A stretch of DNA of 64,000 nt from assembly GCA_903829815.1 (NCBI GenBank), contig CAIKRR010000017.1, forward strand, positions 18,502 to 82,501, read 5' to 3'. A model generated the notes under the pieces. It had not been told where the DNA came from. It was given only the letters and a program-made list of their open reading frames with translations, and searched no databases. Source of the DNA: an uncultured Pseudomonadota bacterium. GTDB lineage: Bacteria; Pseudomonadota; Gammaproteobacteria; Burkholderiales; SG8-39. The translations under genes were made by a program, and so were the position numbers. Shown here in pieces: positions 1 to 11,996 of the stretch. Numbering within the stretch: position 1 is the stretch's first letter; each line of letters begins with the position of its first letter.

Positions 1-1
1 C

Positions 2-2172
<2,171 letters not shown>

Positions 2173-2187
2173 GCGGGCTGCACCACC

Positions 2188-2697
2188 ATGGGCGATCTTC
2201 ACGTCAGTTGGGATGACTATCACGCAAGCATCGAGCGCCTGGCCGCGTTGGTGCACGAGTCGGGCTGGTCGTTCAATCAGATCATCTGCATTGCTCGTGG
2301 CGGCCTGCGGGTCGGAGACATGCTGTCGCGCATCTTTCGTCAGCCCCTGGCCATTTTGTCGACGCAGTCCTACACGGGTGAAGCCGGCACGGTGCGCGGT
2401 TTCATCACGGTAGCCGAGCACATGACCATGACGACGCCAGTCCTGGGTGATCGTGTGCTGCTGGTCGATGACCTCGTCGATTCTGGCATTACGCTGGGTG
2501 TGGTGCGTGATGCGCTGTCCGAGCGCCATCCCCACATCGTCGAGGTGAGGACCGCCGTCATCTGGCAGAAGGCCTGCTCGACCTTCAAGCCCGACTACGC
2601 CGCCATCTTCCTTGCGGAGGATCCCTGGATTCATCAGCCCTTCGAGCCCTATGACGTGATGGATCCGGCCAGCCTCCGCGGACGTCTCGCGGGCTGA
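2188..2697 (+). CDS. phosphoribosyltransferase family protein (purine PRT-like)
   Basis: 169 aa with the PRPP-binding motif VLLVDDLVDSGITL. Confidence 0.8.
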   Translation: MGDLHVSWDDYHASIERLAALVHESGWSFNQIICIARGGLRVGDMLSRIFRQPLAILSTQSYTGEAGTVRGFITVAEHMTMTTPVLGDRVLLVDDLVDSGITLGVVRDALSERHPHIVEVRTAVIWQKACSTFKPDYAAIFLAEDPWIHQPFEPYDVMDPASLRGRLAG

Positions 2698-2701
2698 ATC
2701 A

Positions 2702-3766
2702 ATGCGGTGGTCTCGTCTCTTTGCCGGGCCTTGGCTCTGTCTGCCCGAGGGCACTCGACAGTCGGCAAGGCCTGTCGCAAGGGCGCTCGTGTTGGCTTCA
2801 TTCTTGAGCCTTTGTCTGAGCTGCACCGAGGTCGCAGCGCAGGTTCGAGCCCCCGGTGACTACCCCAATCGCGCCATTCGTGTGATCGTGTCGTTCACGA
2901 CCGGTGGTGCGGCCGATGTGACGGCGCGCATCGTCGGTGAACGGCTCGGTGATCTCGTCCACCAACCGGTGGTGGTCGAGAACCGTGCGGGTGGTGGCGG
3001 TGTGCTCGCACTCGAACTGCTACGCAACGCCGTCCCCGATGGCTATACGCTGGGCATCGCCAGCAATTCCAACGCGACCAAGCCGGCGACGATGGTCCGC
3101 TTGCCCTGGGATCTTGCGCGCGATTTTTCCTACATTGCCATCGCGGTCGATGCCACCCTGGTGCTGGTGGGCAATCCTGATCGGGTGCCCGCGCGCAGCC
3201 TGACCGAACTCACCAGCTACATGCGTGCCCATCCCGGGGGGTATACCTACGGCAGTTGCGGCGTGGCGTCTACCCAGCAGTTCGCGATGGAAAAGTACCG
3301 GTTTCGCACCGGTGCGATTGCCACCCATATCCCCTACAAGGGGTGTGCGGTGGCCACTCCCGAGGTGCTGAGCGGACAGATCGATCTGGCCATGCTTGCC
3401 TTGTCCAATGCCTTGCAGTACATCAAGGCGGGCAAATTGCACGCCTTCGGCGTCACGAGCTTCGCTCGCAGCGGCTCGGCGCCCGAAGTGCCTGCTTTTC
3501 GTGAAAGCGGTGTGCCTGAACTGACCGATTTCGTGCAGGACGCCTGGTACGGCTTCTTTGCGCCGGCGGGCACGCCGGCGCCGGTCATCGACTTCCTGGC
3601 GTCCAGCATTCGGCAGATTCTCGCCGCCCGCGAGGTGGCTGCGCGCCTGCGCGATGTGGGTCTGGAGCCCGCCTTTGCCGGGCCCGAGGCCACGCGTCGA
3701 CGCATGCTGGGCGATGTGGAAAGCTTCTCGCGTATCGCTGCTGCTGCGCGTATCAAGGCCGAATAG
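2702..3766 (+). CDS. Bug/TctC-family tripartite tricarboxylate transporter substrate-binding protein
   Basis: A hydrophobic signal region is followed by YPNRAIRVIVSFTTGGAADVTARIV and a C-terminal WYGFFAPAGTP motif typical of the Bug family. The exact start is uncertain. Confidence 0.85.
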   Translation: MRWSRLFAGPWLCLPEGTRQSARPVARALVLASFLSLCLSCTEVAAQVRAPGDYPNRAIRVIVSFTTGGAADVTARIVGERLGDLVHQPVVVENRAGGGGVLALELLRNAVPDGYTLGIASNSNATKPATMVRLPWDLARDFSYIAIAVDATLVLVGNPDRVPARSLTELTSYMRAHPGGYTYGSCGVASTQQFAMEKYRFRTGAIATHIPYKGCAVATPEVLSGQIDLAMLALSNALQYIKAGKLHAFGVTSFARSGSAPEVPAFRESGVPELTDFVQDAWYGFFAPAGTPAPVIDFLASSIRQILAAREVAARLRDVGLEPAFAGPEATRRRMLGDVESFSRIAAAARIKAE

Positions 3767-3849
3767 TGCCGGCCACGGCGAGTCTCGCCATGAGGCCCGT
3801 CCTGTTCACGTAGAATCGGTGCCATCGGGTGACATCGGGGGAGACGATC

Positions 3850-4857
3850 GTGAACCTGCGTGTCCTTGCGCGCTGTGTGCTTCCGGCCTGCCTTGCCGCG
3901 TTCCTGTTGCATGCCGGGTCTGTGCGCGCGCAGGCGTCGGCCAATGCGTCGGCCAATGCGTCCAACTGGCCGGTACGCCCGGTGCGCATCGTTCTCGGGC
4001 TGGCGGCCGGTGGCGGCACGGATACGATTGCCCGCACGATTGCGCCGCTCCTGTCGGCTCGCCTGGGCCAGCCTGTCATCGTCGAGAACCGCGCCGGTGC
4101 TTCGGGGATCATTGCCGGGGAGCATGTGGCCCGCTCGGCGCCCGATGGCCATACGCTGATGCTCGCTCCCAGCGGCATCATGGTGGCCAATATCGTGATG
4201 AAACGTTCGCTGCCCTATTCGGTGCAGGACTTCGCGCCCATATCGCTCATTTGCACCTTTCCCTTGTTGCTGGTGACCGATCCAGCCCTGCCGCCTCGCA
4301 CGCTCGCCGATTTCATCACCTGGCTCAAGGCCAATCCCGGTCGTGCCAATGCCGGCGGTTCGGGCCCTGCATTCGAATTGCTGACAGCGCTTTTTTCACA
4401 ACGTGTCGGTGCGCCACTCACCTTCATCCCGTTCAAGGGCTCCAATGAAGCGGTGCAGGCGATATTGGCGCACGATGTCACCATGGCCATCGTCGATGTG
4501 GGACCTGCGCTGGGCGCCTTGCGCGGGCAGCGGCTGAGGGCGCTTGCGGCCACATCGCCGCGCCGTCTGCCTGAATTCCCGGATGTGCCTACCGTCATCG
4601 AGTCGGGCTATCCGGATCTGGAGGCCGAGTACTGGATGGGGCTGTTTGCGCCGGCTCGAACACCGCCCGAGATCCTGCGACGGCTCGAGGTCGAGGTGCA
4701 TGCGGTGCTGCGGCAAGCCGAGGTCGAGCAGGCGTTCAGCGCCAAGCTGGTCGAAGTGCGTCCCAGCACGGCACAGGAACTGGGCGCCAAGGTGAATGCC
4801 GAGATCCAGCGCTGGGGGGCCGTACGCGCCGCGGCGGGCATTCCGCTCGTGGATTGA
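3850..4857 (+). CDS. Bug/TctC-family substrate-binding protein
   Basis: Signal peptide ends ...LLHAGSVRAQA, followed by WPVRPVRIVLGLAAGGGTDTIART and YWMGLFAPARTP. I prefer the GTG at 3850 because GGGGGAG lies 6 nt upstream; an alternative GTG is at 3829. Confidence 0.85.
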   Translation: MNLRVLARCVLPACLAAFLLHAGSVRAQASANASANASNWPVRPVRIVLGLAAGGGTDTIARTIAPLLSARLGQPVIVENRAGASGIIAGEHVARSAPDGHTLMLAPSGIMVANIVMKRSLPYSVQDFAPISLICTFPLLLVTDPALPPRTLADFITWLKANPGRANAGGSGPAFELLTALFSQRVGAPLTFIPFKGSNEAVQAILAHDVTMAIVDVGPALGALRGQRLRALAATSPRRLPEFPDVPTVIESGYPDLEAEYWMGLFAPARTPPEILRRLEVEVHAVLRQAEVEQAFSAKLVEVRPSTAQELGAKVNAEIQRWGAVRAAAGIPLVD

Positions 4858-4915
4858 TCACTGTGTCGACGTGTCTCGTGCGGGCGCGTCGCAGCAGGCA
4901 AAGAGGGTATCAGGC

Positions 4916-6259
4916 ATGGATTTTTCCGACATGAAACGCTACGTCGACGATCGGCCGCAGGACGGTGTCTTTCGGGTTCATCGCGACGTCTTCTCCGATC
5001 AGGCGTTGTTCGAACTCGAACAAAGACACATCTTCGAACGCACCTGGTGCTTTCTGGGGCTGGAGTCGCAGATTGCGCGCACACGTGACTTTCTCACCAA
5101 CTGGATCGGTCGCACCCCCATCCTGGTGACCCGCAATGACGATGGTGCGATTGTCGGGTTGATCAATGTCTGTCGCCACAAGGCGGTGCTGCTGCGGCAT
5201 GAGGAAGCGGGTAACGCGGGTGTCCATATCTGCCCGTACCACGGCTGGTCGTTTGATGCCAATGGGCACAACGTGCATGTGAAGAACACCCGGACAGCCT
5301 GCTACCCGGCCGCATTTGATGCCGAGAGTCACGACCTCCTGCGCCTGCCCCGGACTGCGAGCTATCGCGGTTTCATCTTCGGCAGTCTCTCGGCCGAGGT
5401 GCCCGAACTGGGAGATTTTCTCGGGGACATGCGGTTTTTCATCGATCTCATTGCCGACCAGGGTCCGCAGGGCATCGAGCTGGTACCCGGGCGTGCCGTG
5501 TACACCTACAACGCCAACTGGAAACTGCAACTGGACAATGGGGTCGATCCTTACCACCTGACATCGACCCATGCCTCGTTTCTGGATGTGCAGGCGGTCA
5601 GGCGCAAGGGCGAGGGCAACGTCGAGTCGCGTTCCTTCGACTGGCGCAAGCGCGATGAATTTCCGGCGGGTGCGATGAATTTTCGTAATGGTCACTCGGC
5701 GGTCTGGATGCGCCAGCCCGAACCCGAGAAGCGTCCGATCGCACCGGCGATGGACGAGATTCGTGCCCGCGTCGGTGAGCAGCGTGCCGAGTGGATGTTG
5801 AACGCACGCAACCTGCAGATCTTTCCGAACATGCAGATCGCCGATGCGATATCGCCCATGCTGCGCACCTTCCGACCGCTGGCCGTCGATCGCACCGAGA
5901 TGCGCGCCTGGTGTCTGGCACCCATTGGCGAGCCGCGCGCGCTGCGCGCCTGGCGCCTGCGTCAGTACGAGGACTTCTTCAATCCGGGCGGGATGGCAAC
6001 GCCGGACGATACCGTGATCTACGAGGATGCCCAGCGGGGCATGGCGGCCTCGCCGCTTGATTTCCTGCAAGGCTATTCGCGCGGTCTGGGGGCTGCGGTG
6101 AGTGGGGGTGGCGAGGCAGGTGCCGCACTCGGGCTTGATCCGGCAACGAGCGTGGAGGGGCGCTACGACATGTTCAATGAGGTGGCCTTTCATGGCCCCT
6201 ATCGCGAGTGGGCGCGGCTGATGGAAGCAGGGCTGTCGGGCAGGAGGGCCTGGGCATGA
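4916..6259 (+). CDS. aromatic ring-hydroxylating (Rieske non-heme iron) oxygenase, alpha subunit
   Basis: Rieske motif CRH-x17-CPYH. Mononuclear iron motif DPYHLTSTH (H-x4-H). Benzoate/anthranilate-dioxygenase-like N-terminus. ATG at 4916. Confidence 0.9.
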   Translation: MDFSDMKRYVDDRPQDGVFRVHRDVFSDQALFELEQRHIFERTWCFLGLESQIARTRDFLTNWIGRTPILVTRNDDGAIVGLINVCRHKAVLLRHEEAGNAGVHICPYHGWSFDANGHNVHVKNTRTACYPAAFDAESHDLLRLPRTASYRGFIFGSLSAEVPELGDFLGDMRFFIDLIADQGPQGIELVPGRAVYTYNANWKLQLDNGVDPYHLTSTHASFLDVQAVRRKGEGNVESRSFDWRKRDEFPAGAMNFRNGHSAVWMRQPEPEKRPIAPAMDEIRARVGEQRAEWMLNARNLQIFPNMQIADAISPMLRTFRPLAVDRTEMRAWCLAPIGEPRALRAWRLRQYEDFFNPGGMATPDDTVIYEDAQRGMAASPLDFLQGYSRGLGAAVSGGGEAGAALGLDPATSVEGRYDMFNEVAFHGPYREWARLMEAGLSGRRAWA

Positions 6260-6792
6260 AGGCTCCCTCGGGATTTTGCCTGCCCGATGCGGGAGAGACT
6301 GCGGCGCTCGCGATTGCGCGTTGCCTTCTCGAACACGAGGCGGCGCTGCTCGATGAGCAGCGCTGGCCTGAATGGCTCGATCTCTATCGACCGGATTGCA
6401 CCTACTGGGTTCCTGCGCGTCGAGCCGACGAAACGCTCACCGATGATCCCGAAATCGAGCTCTCTCACATCTTCTATGCCAGTCGCGCAGGCCTTGAGGA
6501 TCGCATCCGCCGAATCGCGTCGGGACGCTCGGCTGCCTCTACACCGATGCCACGCACCACGCATCTGGTGGGCAACGTCCGTCTGCGTGAGGCGTCAGCG
6601 GCCGAAGTCATTCGGGTGACATCGGCCTGGACCACTCAGGTATTCTTCGTGCGGTCGCGACAGACGCATGGCTTCTTTGGCAGTGCCGACACGGATCTGA
6701 CCTGCGTCGACGGTGCGTGGCGGATCGCCAGGCGCCGTACCGTGCTTCACAACGACTACGTGCCGACCATGCTCGATATCTATTGCCTCTGA
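6256..6792 (+). CDS. aromatic ring-hydroxylating oxygenase, beta subunit
   Basis: 178 aa NTF2-like small subunit (WPEWLDLYRPDCTYWVP). Its start overlaps the alpha-subunit stop as ATGA. Confidence 0.85.
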   Translation: MKAPSGFCLPDAGETAALAIARCLLEHEAALLDEQRWPEWLDLYRPDCTYWVPARRADETLTDDPEIELSHIFYASRAGLEDRIRRIASGRSAASTPMPRTTHLVGNVRLREASAAEVIRVTSAWTTQVFFVRSRQTHGFFGSADTDLTCVDGAWRIARRRTVLHNDYVPTMLDIYCL

Positions 6793-6874
6793 TGCGCCGG
6801 CTATCAAGGGCCGACAGACTGCAGGCCCTGCGGACAGTGATTTCTTCGACGTTGTCTCACTCGGTGTTCAAGCC

Positions 6875-7831
6875 ATGACAGAACTCCTCATCCTGCTCAC
6901 GCTGCCTGAGTCGGTGCGCAAGCGCTATCACGACGGCATTCGAGAAGCCTTTCCCGACATCGTCGTGAACGTCGTCGACCACAACAGCAAGGCAGGGCCG
7001 TTCATCGGTACCGCCGATATCCTGGTCACCTTTGGTCCGATGATGAAGAACGCGGTGTTCGACGCGGCGACCCGCCTGCGCTGGGTGCAGGCGCTGGGCA
7101 CCGGCACCGATGGCATCGCTGATCAGCCGGCGCTCGGGCCCGGTGTGATCGTCACCAACATGCACGGATTCCACGGCCCGCCGGTTGCCGAAGCCGCACT
7201 CACCGGGATGCTCGCGCTCGCCCGGGGTACGCCTCGCGCCATCCGCAGCCAACTCGAGCGCAAGTGGGACCGTTTTCCGGCGCGGACCCTCAACGAGTCG
7301 ACCGTCGTCATCTACGGTGTCGGTGATATCGCCTGCTACCTGGCACCCCTGTGCAAGGCCTTCGGCATGCGGGTCATCGGGGTCAGTTCGACGCCTCGTG
7401 ACGTGGCTGGGTTCGACCGTGTCGTCGGGCGCGACCAACTCCAGGCAGCGGCTGGTGAGGCCGACTATCTGGTGCTGCTCACGCCGTATACGCCGGCCAC
7501 GCGCCATTCGGTGAACGCCGGTGTGTTCAAGGCGATGAAGCGCGGCGCCATGCTGGTCAACGTGGCGCGTGGTGGTGTGGTCGACGAGGCGGCACTGGTC
7601 GAGGCCCTCGAGTCGGGGCAGGTCGGAGGCGCTGCGCTCGATGTGTTCTCGAGCGAGCCGCTGCCGCTTGACCATCCGTTCTGGGGTATGCCCAACGTCA
7701 TGATCACGCCGCACCAGGGTGGGTTCTTCGATCGCTATCCCGATCATGCCCTGCCAGTACTGCTCGAGAACCTGAAGCACTTTCTGGCCGGTGAGACCGA
7801 CCGGATGATCAATATCGTGAGGAAGCCATGA
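6875..7831 (+). CDS. D-isomer-specific 2-hydroxyacid dehydrogenase family protein
   Basis: NAD-binding VVIYGVGDIACYLAP, followed by NVARGGVVDE and ITPHQGG motifs. 318 aa from the ATG at 6875. Confidence 0.85.
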   Translation: MTELLILLTLPESVRKRYHDGIREAFPDIVVNVVDHNSKAGPFIGTADILVTFGPMMKNAVFDAATRLRWVQALGTGTDGIADQPALGPGVIVTNMHGFHGPPVAEAALTGMLALARGTPRAIRSQLERKWDRFPARTLNESTVVIYGVGDIACYLAPLCKAFGMRVIGVSSTPRDVAGFDRVVGRDQLQAAAGEADYLVLLTPYTPATRHSVNAGVFKAMKRGAMLVNVARGGVVDEAALVEALESGQVGGAALDVFSSEPLPLDHPFWGMPNVMITPHQGGFFDRYPDHALPVLLENLKHFLAGETDRMINIVRKP

Positions 7832-9021
7832 ACGAACGAGTCAATTGCCCGATTTCCACCACCGAACTGGAGCGGCGCTGGTCGCTGGTGCGTGCGGCCA
7901 TGATGGCCCAGGGCGTCGATGTCCTCCTGATGCAGGCCAACAACGACTTCATGGGCGGATACGTCAAGTGGTTTACCGATGTTCCTGCCACGAATGGCTA
8001 TCCGGTGACCGTCATCTTCCCGCGCAATGCGCCGATGAGCGTGATTGCACAAGGTGCTTTTGGTCTGGTGCGCGAATTGCCGCCCGAGGGTGATGGTTTG
8101 CGGCGGGGCGTCTCGCATGTCTATGGGAGCCCGAGCTATGCCAGTGCCGGGTACACCGCGGCGGCTGATGCTGCGCTGGCTGAGGCAGCGCTTGCGCCTT
8201 TTGCAGCCGGAACCATCGGGATCCTCGGGCGGATGTCGATCTCGCATGCCACCATCGAGGATCTGAAGGGCGGTACGCTGCGAGATGCGCGCTGGGTCGA
8301 TTTCTCCGATACGGTCGATCAGATCAAGGCGGTGAAGAGCGCCGAGGAAATCGACCAGATGCGCGCGACCGCGCGCATGCAGGATGCCTGCTGGCAGGCG
8401 GTGCTCGATGCCATTCGGCCGGGCATGCGCGACATCGAGATTGCCGGTATCGCCGAGCAGGCCGGCCGGCGGATGGGCAGCGAGCAGGGCCTCTTTCTGT
8501 GCGCCTCGGCGCCGGTGGGTGTCTCGGCGATGTTCGGTAACCGGCATCAGCAGAACCGCGTGATCCAGAAGGGTGATTACGTCACGCTCCTCATCGAGAG
8601 CAGCGGGGCTGGGGGCTTCTATACCGAGATCGGCCGCACTGCCGTGCTGGGTCGTGCCAGTCAGGAGATGCAGGACGAGTACGCAGTTGTGCTCGAGGCG
8701 CGGCGGTTCACGCTCGAGCGGCTCAAGCCCGGTGCTGACGGCAAGTCGGTGTGGGATGCCTACAACCACTTCATGCGCGGCAAGGGGCGGCCTGAGGAGC
8801 GTCGTCTGCATTGTCATGGCCAGGGCTACGACATGGTCGAGCGCCCCCTGGTGCGTTTCGACGAAACCATGCACCTGGGTGCTGACATGGTGCTGGCCTG
8901 CCATCCGACCTATGCTACGGCAGGCACGTTCAGCTGGATCTGCGACAACTATCTCATCGGCCAGGCCGGTGTGGTGGAACGCTTCCACCAGACCGAAGAG
9001 AAGATCTTCGAGATTGTCTGA
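7828..9021 (+). CDS. M24-family (creatinase / Xaa-Pro peptidase-like) metallohydrolase
   Basis: Creatinase_N-like N-terminus (WSLVRAAMMAQGVDVLLMQANNDF) and a pita-bread C-domain (HCHGQGYDMVERP). Start overlaps the upstream gene stop as ATGA. Confidence 0.8.
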   Translation: MNERVNCPISTTELERRWSLVRAAMMAQGVDVLLMQANNDFMGGYVKWFTDVPATNGYPVTVIFPRNAPMSVIAQGAFGLVRELPPEGDGLRRGVSHVYGSPSYASAGYTAAADAALAEAALAPFAAGTIGILGRMSISHATIEDLKGGTLRDARWVDFSDTVDQIKAVKSAEEIDQMRATARMQDACWQAVLDAIRPGMRDIEIAGIAEQAGRRMGSEQGLFLCASAPVGVSAMFGNRHQQNRVIQKGDYVTLLIESSGAGGFYTEIGRTAVLGRASQEMQDEYAVVLEARRFTLERLKPGADGKSVWDAYNHFMRGKGRPEERRLHCHGQGYDMVERPLVRFDETMHLGADMVLACHPTYATAGTFSWICDNYLIGQAGVVERFHQTEEKIFEIV

Positions 9022-9191
9022 GAGGCGTCCTGCGGCGAGACACTGGCGGAGGCTTTCGCCCTCAGGCGGGCCTGTCCGCCTGTCCTGGTGCCTTGTCGCT
9101 CTCAGGCCAGCCCGGCTTGATGTCTGACAAAGCCTCGGCAGTGGCGGGTACCAGAATCTGCTCCCGGCTTTGCCCCTTCGGCCCAGAAACG

Positions 9192-9212
9192 AAAAAACCG
9201 CCCGGAGGCGGC
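9192..9212 (-). terminator. rho-independent terminator downstream of tRNA-Leu
   Basis: The minus strand reads GCCGCC-TCCG-GGCGG followed by TTTTTT. This is a 5-6 bp GC stem, a 4-nt loop and a T6 tract, about 20 nt after the tRNA 3' end. Confidence 0.6.
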
Positions 9213-9231
9213 TATTCGATCATCGTGATGC

Positions 9232-9318
9232 TGGTGCCCAGAAGAGGACTCGAACCTCCACAGTGTTGCCACCGCCAGGACCTGAACCTGGTGCGTCTAC
9301 CAATTCCGCCATCTGGGC
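9232..9318 (-). tRNA. tRNA-Leu (anticodon CAG)
   Basis: 87-nt class II tRNA folded by hand. Acceptor stem is GCCCAGA/TCTGGGC. Anticodon stem is CCAGG/CCTGG with loop TTCAGGT. It has a long variable arm, T-loop GGTTCGAGTCC and an encoded CCA. Confidence 0.95.
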
Positions 9319-9410
9319 CCCGATCGGGGGTATTGTGCGCCACACAGCGAACCAAGCGGCACACGAAACTCTCGAAGCGAGCCGCGTAGTATAGAAAATC
9401 CGGAGAAGTC

Positions 9411-11996
9411 TTGTCAACGAAACGTAGAACATCAGTGATTGATGCCCCATCGGTCGAACCCACCGCCGAGGCGCCGCGACACTATTCGCGTGAAGAACTC
9501 AACGCGCTTTTCGAATCAGGTGCAGTACCCGAGCGTACCGCCATCCTCGAGCAACTGGCAGCCGATGGCTTGCCGCTGGAGGAGGCCGATCTGGCGCGAA
9601 AGCTCAAGGTGCGCGCCGAGGGGCCGCGCGAAGGGCTGCGTCGTCGGCTGTCAGCGATGGTGCGCGACGGTCAGATCGTCATCAATCGCAAGGGTGCGAT
9701 CCTCATTGCCGAGAAGACCAACCTGGTCAGTGGCCGCGTCGAGGCCCACCCCGATGGTTTCGGTTTCGTGGTCAATGACGAGGGCGACGATCTGTTTCTC
9801 GCGCCGCGCGAGATGGACCAGGTCTTTCACGGTGACCGTGTGCTGGTGCGGCCCTCGGGCACTGATCGACGGGGCCGACCACAGGGTTCGATTGTTCAAG
9901 TCCTGGAGCGGGCGCAGACCAGGGTGGTGGGCAAGTTGCATCGTGAGCACGGTGTGGCTTATCTGGTGGCCTCCGATCGGCGCATTTCTCAGGACATCCT
10001 GATCGAGCCTGATTCGGTCGGTCGGGCACGCGCTGGCGATATCGTCACCGTGGAAATCACCCAGCCACCGTCGAAGACCACCCAATCGATCGGGCGCATC
10101 GTCGAGGTGCTGGGCGGCGAACTCGACCCGGGCATGGAGATCGAGATCGCGCTGCGCAAGCATCAGCTACCGTTCGAGTTCAGTGCCCGTGCGCTGGCTG
10201 ACGCCGCCCGACTGCCCGATACCGTGCGCAAGACCGATCTGCGCGATCGGCTCGACCTGCGCGAGCTTGCCTTCGTGACCATCGATGGCGAGAATTCACG
10301 TGACTTCGATGACGCGGTTTACTGCGACAAGCGCGGTACCTCGCATGTGCTGTATGTCGCGATTGCCGATGTCGATCACTATGTGGGCGATGGTTCGGCA
10401 CTCGATCAGGATGCCCTCGAGCGAGGCACTTCGGTCTACTTCCCGCGCCGCGTCATTCCGATGCTGCCCGAGAAGATATCCAACGGTCTTTGCTCGCTCA
10501 ATCCTGACGTTGATCGTCTCGTGCTGGTCTGCGAGATGACGATCACGCGCGCCGGCCGATTGAGTGGCTACCGGTTTGCCGAGGCCGTGATTCGGTCGCA
10601 CGCCCGGCTCACGTACACTCGAGTGGCCCGTGCCCTGTACGGACTGCAGGCCGAGGCAGAGCCGGTGCCCGAGGCCATCATGCCGGCGCTGGAGCGACTC
10701 GATCTCGTCTACAAGGCACTGGCGCGCCAGCGTGCCGCACGAGGCGCCATCGAATTCAGTTCGCGCGAGACCGAGTTCGACTTCGATGCGCGGGGGCGCA
10801 TCGCCTCGATACGGCTGGCCCAGCGCAATGAAGCCTACCGGCTGATCGAGGAGTGCATGCTCGCCGCCAATGTGTGTGCGGCGCAGTATCTGCTGGCGCA
10901 CGAGCAGGGTGCGCTTTATCGAAATCATGCCTCGCCAACGGTCGAGAAGCTGGAGGTGGTGCGCAATTTTCTCAAGCCGCTCGGGCTGCAGTTGCCCGGT
11001 GGCGAGGAACCCACCACCAGTGACTATGACCAGTTGCTTGGCCGGGTCAGAGGTCGGCCCGATGCAGGCCTTCTCGAGACGGTGCTGCTGCGCTCGATGC
11101 AGCAGGCGCGCTATGCTCCCGACAACATCGGGCATTTCGGGCTTGCCTACGAGGCCTACGCGCACTTCACCTCGCCGATCAGACGCTATCCCGATCTGCT
11201 GGTGCATCGTGGCATCAAGGCGATTCTGGGCGGCGGCGCCTACCGACCGGGCAAGGGCAGTCAGTCGCATGGCTGGAAATGGCTGGGCGAGCATTGTTCG
11301 CTCACCGAGCGGCGGGCCGATGATGCCGGTCGCGATGTCACGCAGTGGCTCAAGTGCTACTACATGCGAGATCGCGTCGGCGAGCAGTATCCCGGCGTGA
11401 TCACGGCGGTGACCTCGTTTGGCCTGTTCGTGTCCCTCGATGGGCTCTTCATCGAGGGCCTGGTGCATATCTCCGAACTGGGCAACGATTACTTCGATTT
11501 CGATCCGGCACGTTTCGAATTGCGCGGCACCCGTGCCAATACGGTGTTTCAGCTCGGTCAACCGATCGCGGTCGAGGTGGCTCGTGTCGATCTGGAGTCG
11601 GCGCGCATCGATTTCACCCTGGCGGCTGGTCAGCCCGAGAAGCGCTCGCGCGCGCACAAGGCGGTCGAGTCACCTGTATCGGTGCCGACAGCTTCTCTGA
11701 CCCCGGACACCGTGCTGGCTCGTGCGGCCCCACGCAAGGCGGGTGGCAAGACTGCGATCAAGGCGCCCCGGGCCTCGACCAAGGCAGCCTCCAAGGTGGC
11801 CTCCAAGGCAGCCGCAAAAGGACCCGCAAAAGGACCCGCAAAAGGACCCGCAAAAGGACCCGCAAAAGGACCCGCAAAGAGCGCGGCAAAGGGTGGTGGT
11901 GAGGTGGCTGGCAAGGCTGCCACCGCCTCGCCCGTCAAGGCTGCAAGGAAAGGGGCTGCCAGCGAGGCCAAGCCGCGCAAGGCAAGGTCGGCATGA
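9411..11996 (+). CDS. rnr: ribonuclease R
   Basis: RNB domain motifs ([36 protein letters not shown]), an S1 domain ([15 protein letters not shown]) and a Lys/Ala-rich basic tail. TTG start preceded by GGAGAAG. Confidence 0.95.
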   Translation: MSTKRRTSVIDAPSVEPTAEAPRHYSREELNALFESGAVPERTAILEQLAADGLPLEEADLARKLKVRAEGPREGLRRRLSAMVRDGQIVINRKGAILIAEKTNLVSGRVEAHPDGFGFVVNDEGDDLFLAPREMDQVFHGDRVLVRPSGTDRRGRPQGSIVQVLERAQTRVVGKLHREHGVAYLVASDRRISQDILIEPDSVGRARAGDIVTVEITQPPSKTTQSIGRIVEVLGGELDPGMEIEIALRKHQLPFEFSARALADAARLPDTVRKTDLRDRLDLRELAFVTIDGENSRDFDDAVYCDKRGTSHVLYVAIADVDHYVGDGSALDQDALERGTSVYFPRRVIPMLPEKISNGLCSLNPDVDRLVLVCEMTITRAGRLSGYRFAEAVIRSHARLTYTRVARALYGLQAEAEPVPEAIMPALERLDLVYKALARQRAARGAIEFSSRETEFDFDARGRIASIRLAQRNEAYRLIEECMLAANVCAAQYLLAHEQGALYRNHASPTVEKLEVVRNFLKPLGLQLPGGEEPTTSDYDQLLGRVRGRPDAGLLETVLLRSMQQARYAPDNIGHFGLAYEAYAHFTSPIRRYPDLLVHRGIKAILGGGAYRPGKGSQSHGWKWLGEHCSLTERRADDAGRDVTQWLKCYYMRDRVGEQYPGVITAVTSFGLFVSLDGLFIEGLVHISELGNDYFDFDPARFELRGTRANTVFQLGQPIAVEVARVDLESARIDFTLAAGQPEKRSRAHKAVESPVSVPTASLTPDTVLARAAPRKAGGKTAIKAPRASTKAASKVASKAAAKGPAKGPAKGPAKGPAKGPAKSAAKGGGEVAGKAATASPVKAARKGAASEAKPRKARSA
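11814..11873 (+). repeat. perfect 12-bp tandem repeat (gcaaaaggaccc x5) encoding (AKGP)5 in the RNase R tail
   Basis: Read directly from the sequence. Five identical in-frame 12-mers are followed by a partial copy (gcaaag). Confidence 0.95.

Noticed and set aside
2702-9318. Genomic island integrated at the 3' end of tRNA-Leu
   Set aside because: I found no integrase, no direct repeat of the tRNA 3' end near 2700 or elsewhere in the block, and no obvious compositional break. The cluster is accessory-looking, but an integrative element is unsupported.
11814-11879. Possibility that the short tandem repeats (here and at 56820-56869) are a CRISPR array
   Set aside because: The units are 11-12 bp and directly abutting, with no spacers. 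One array lies in frame inside rnr. There are no cas genes in the window.
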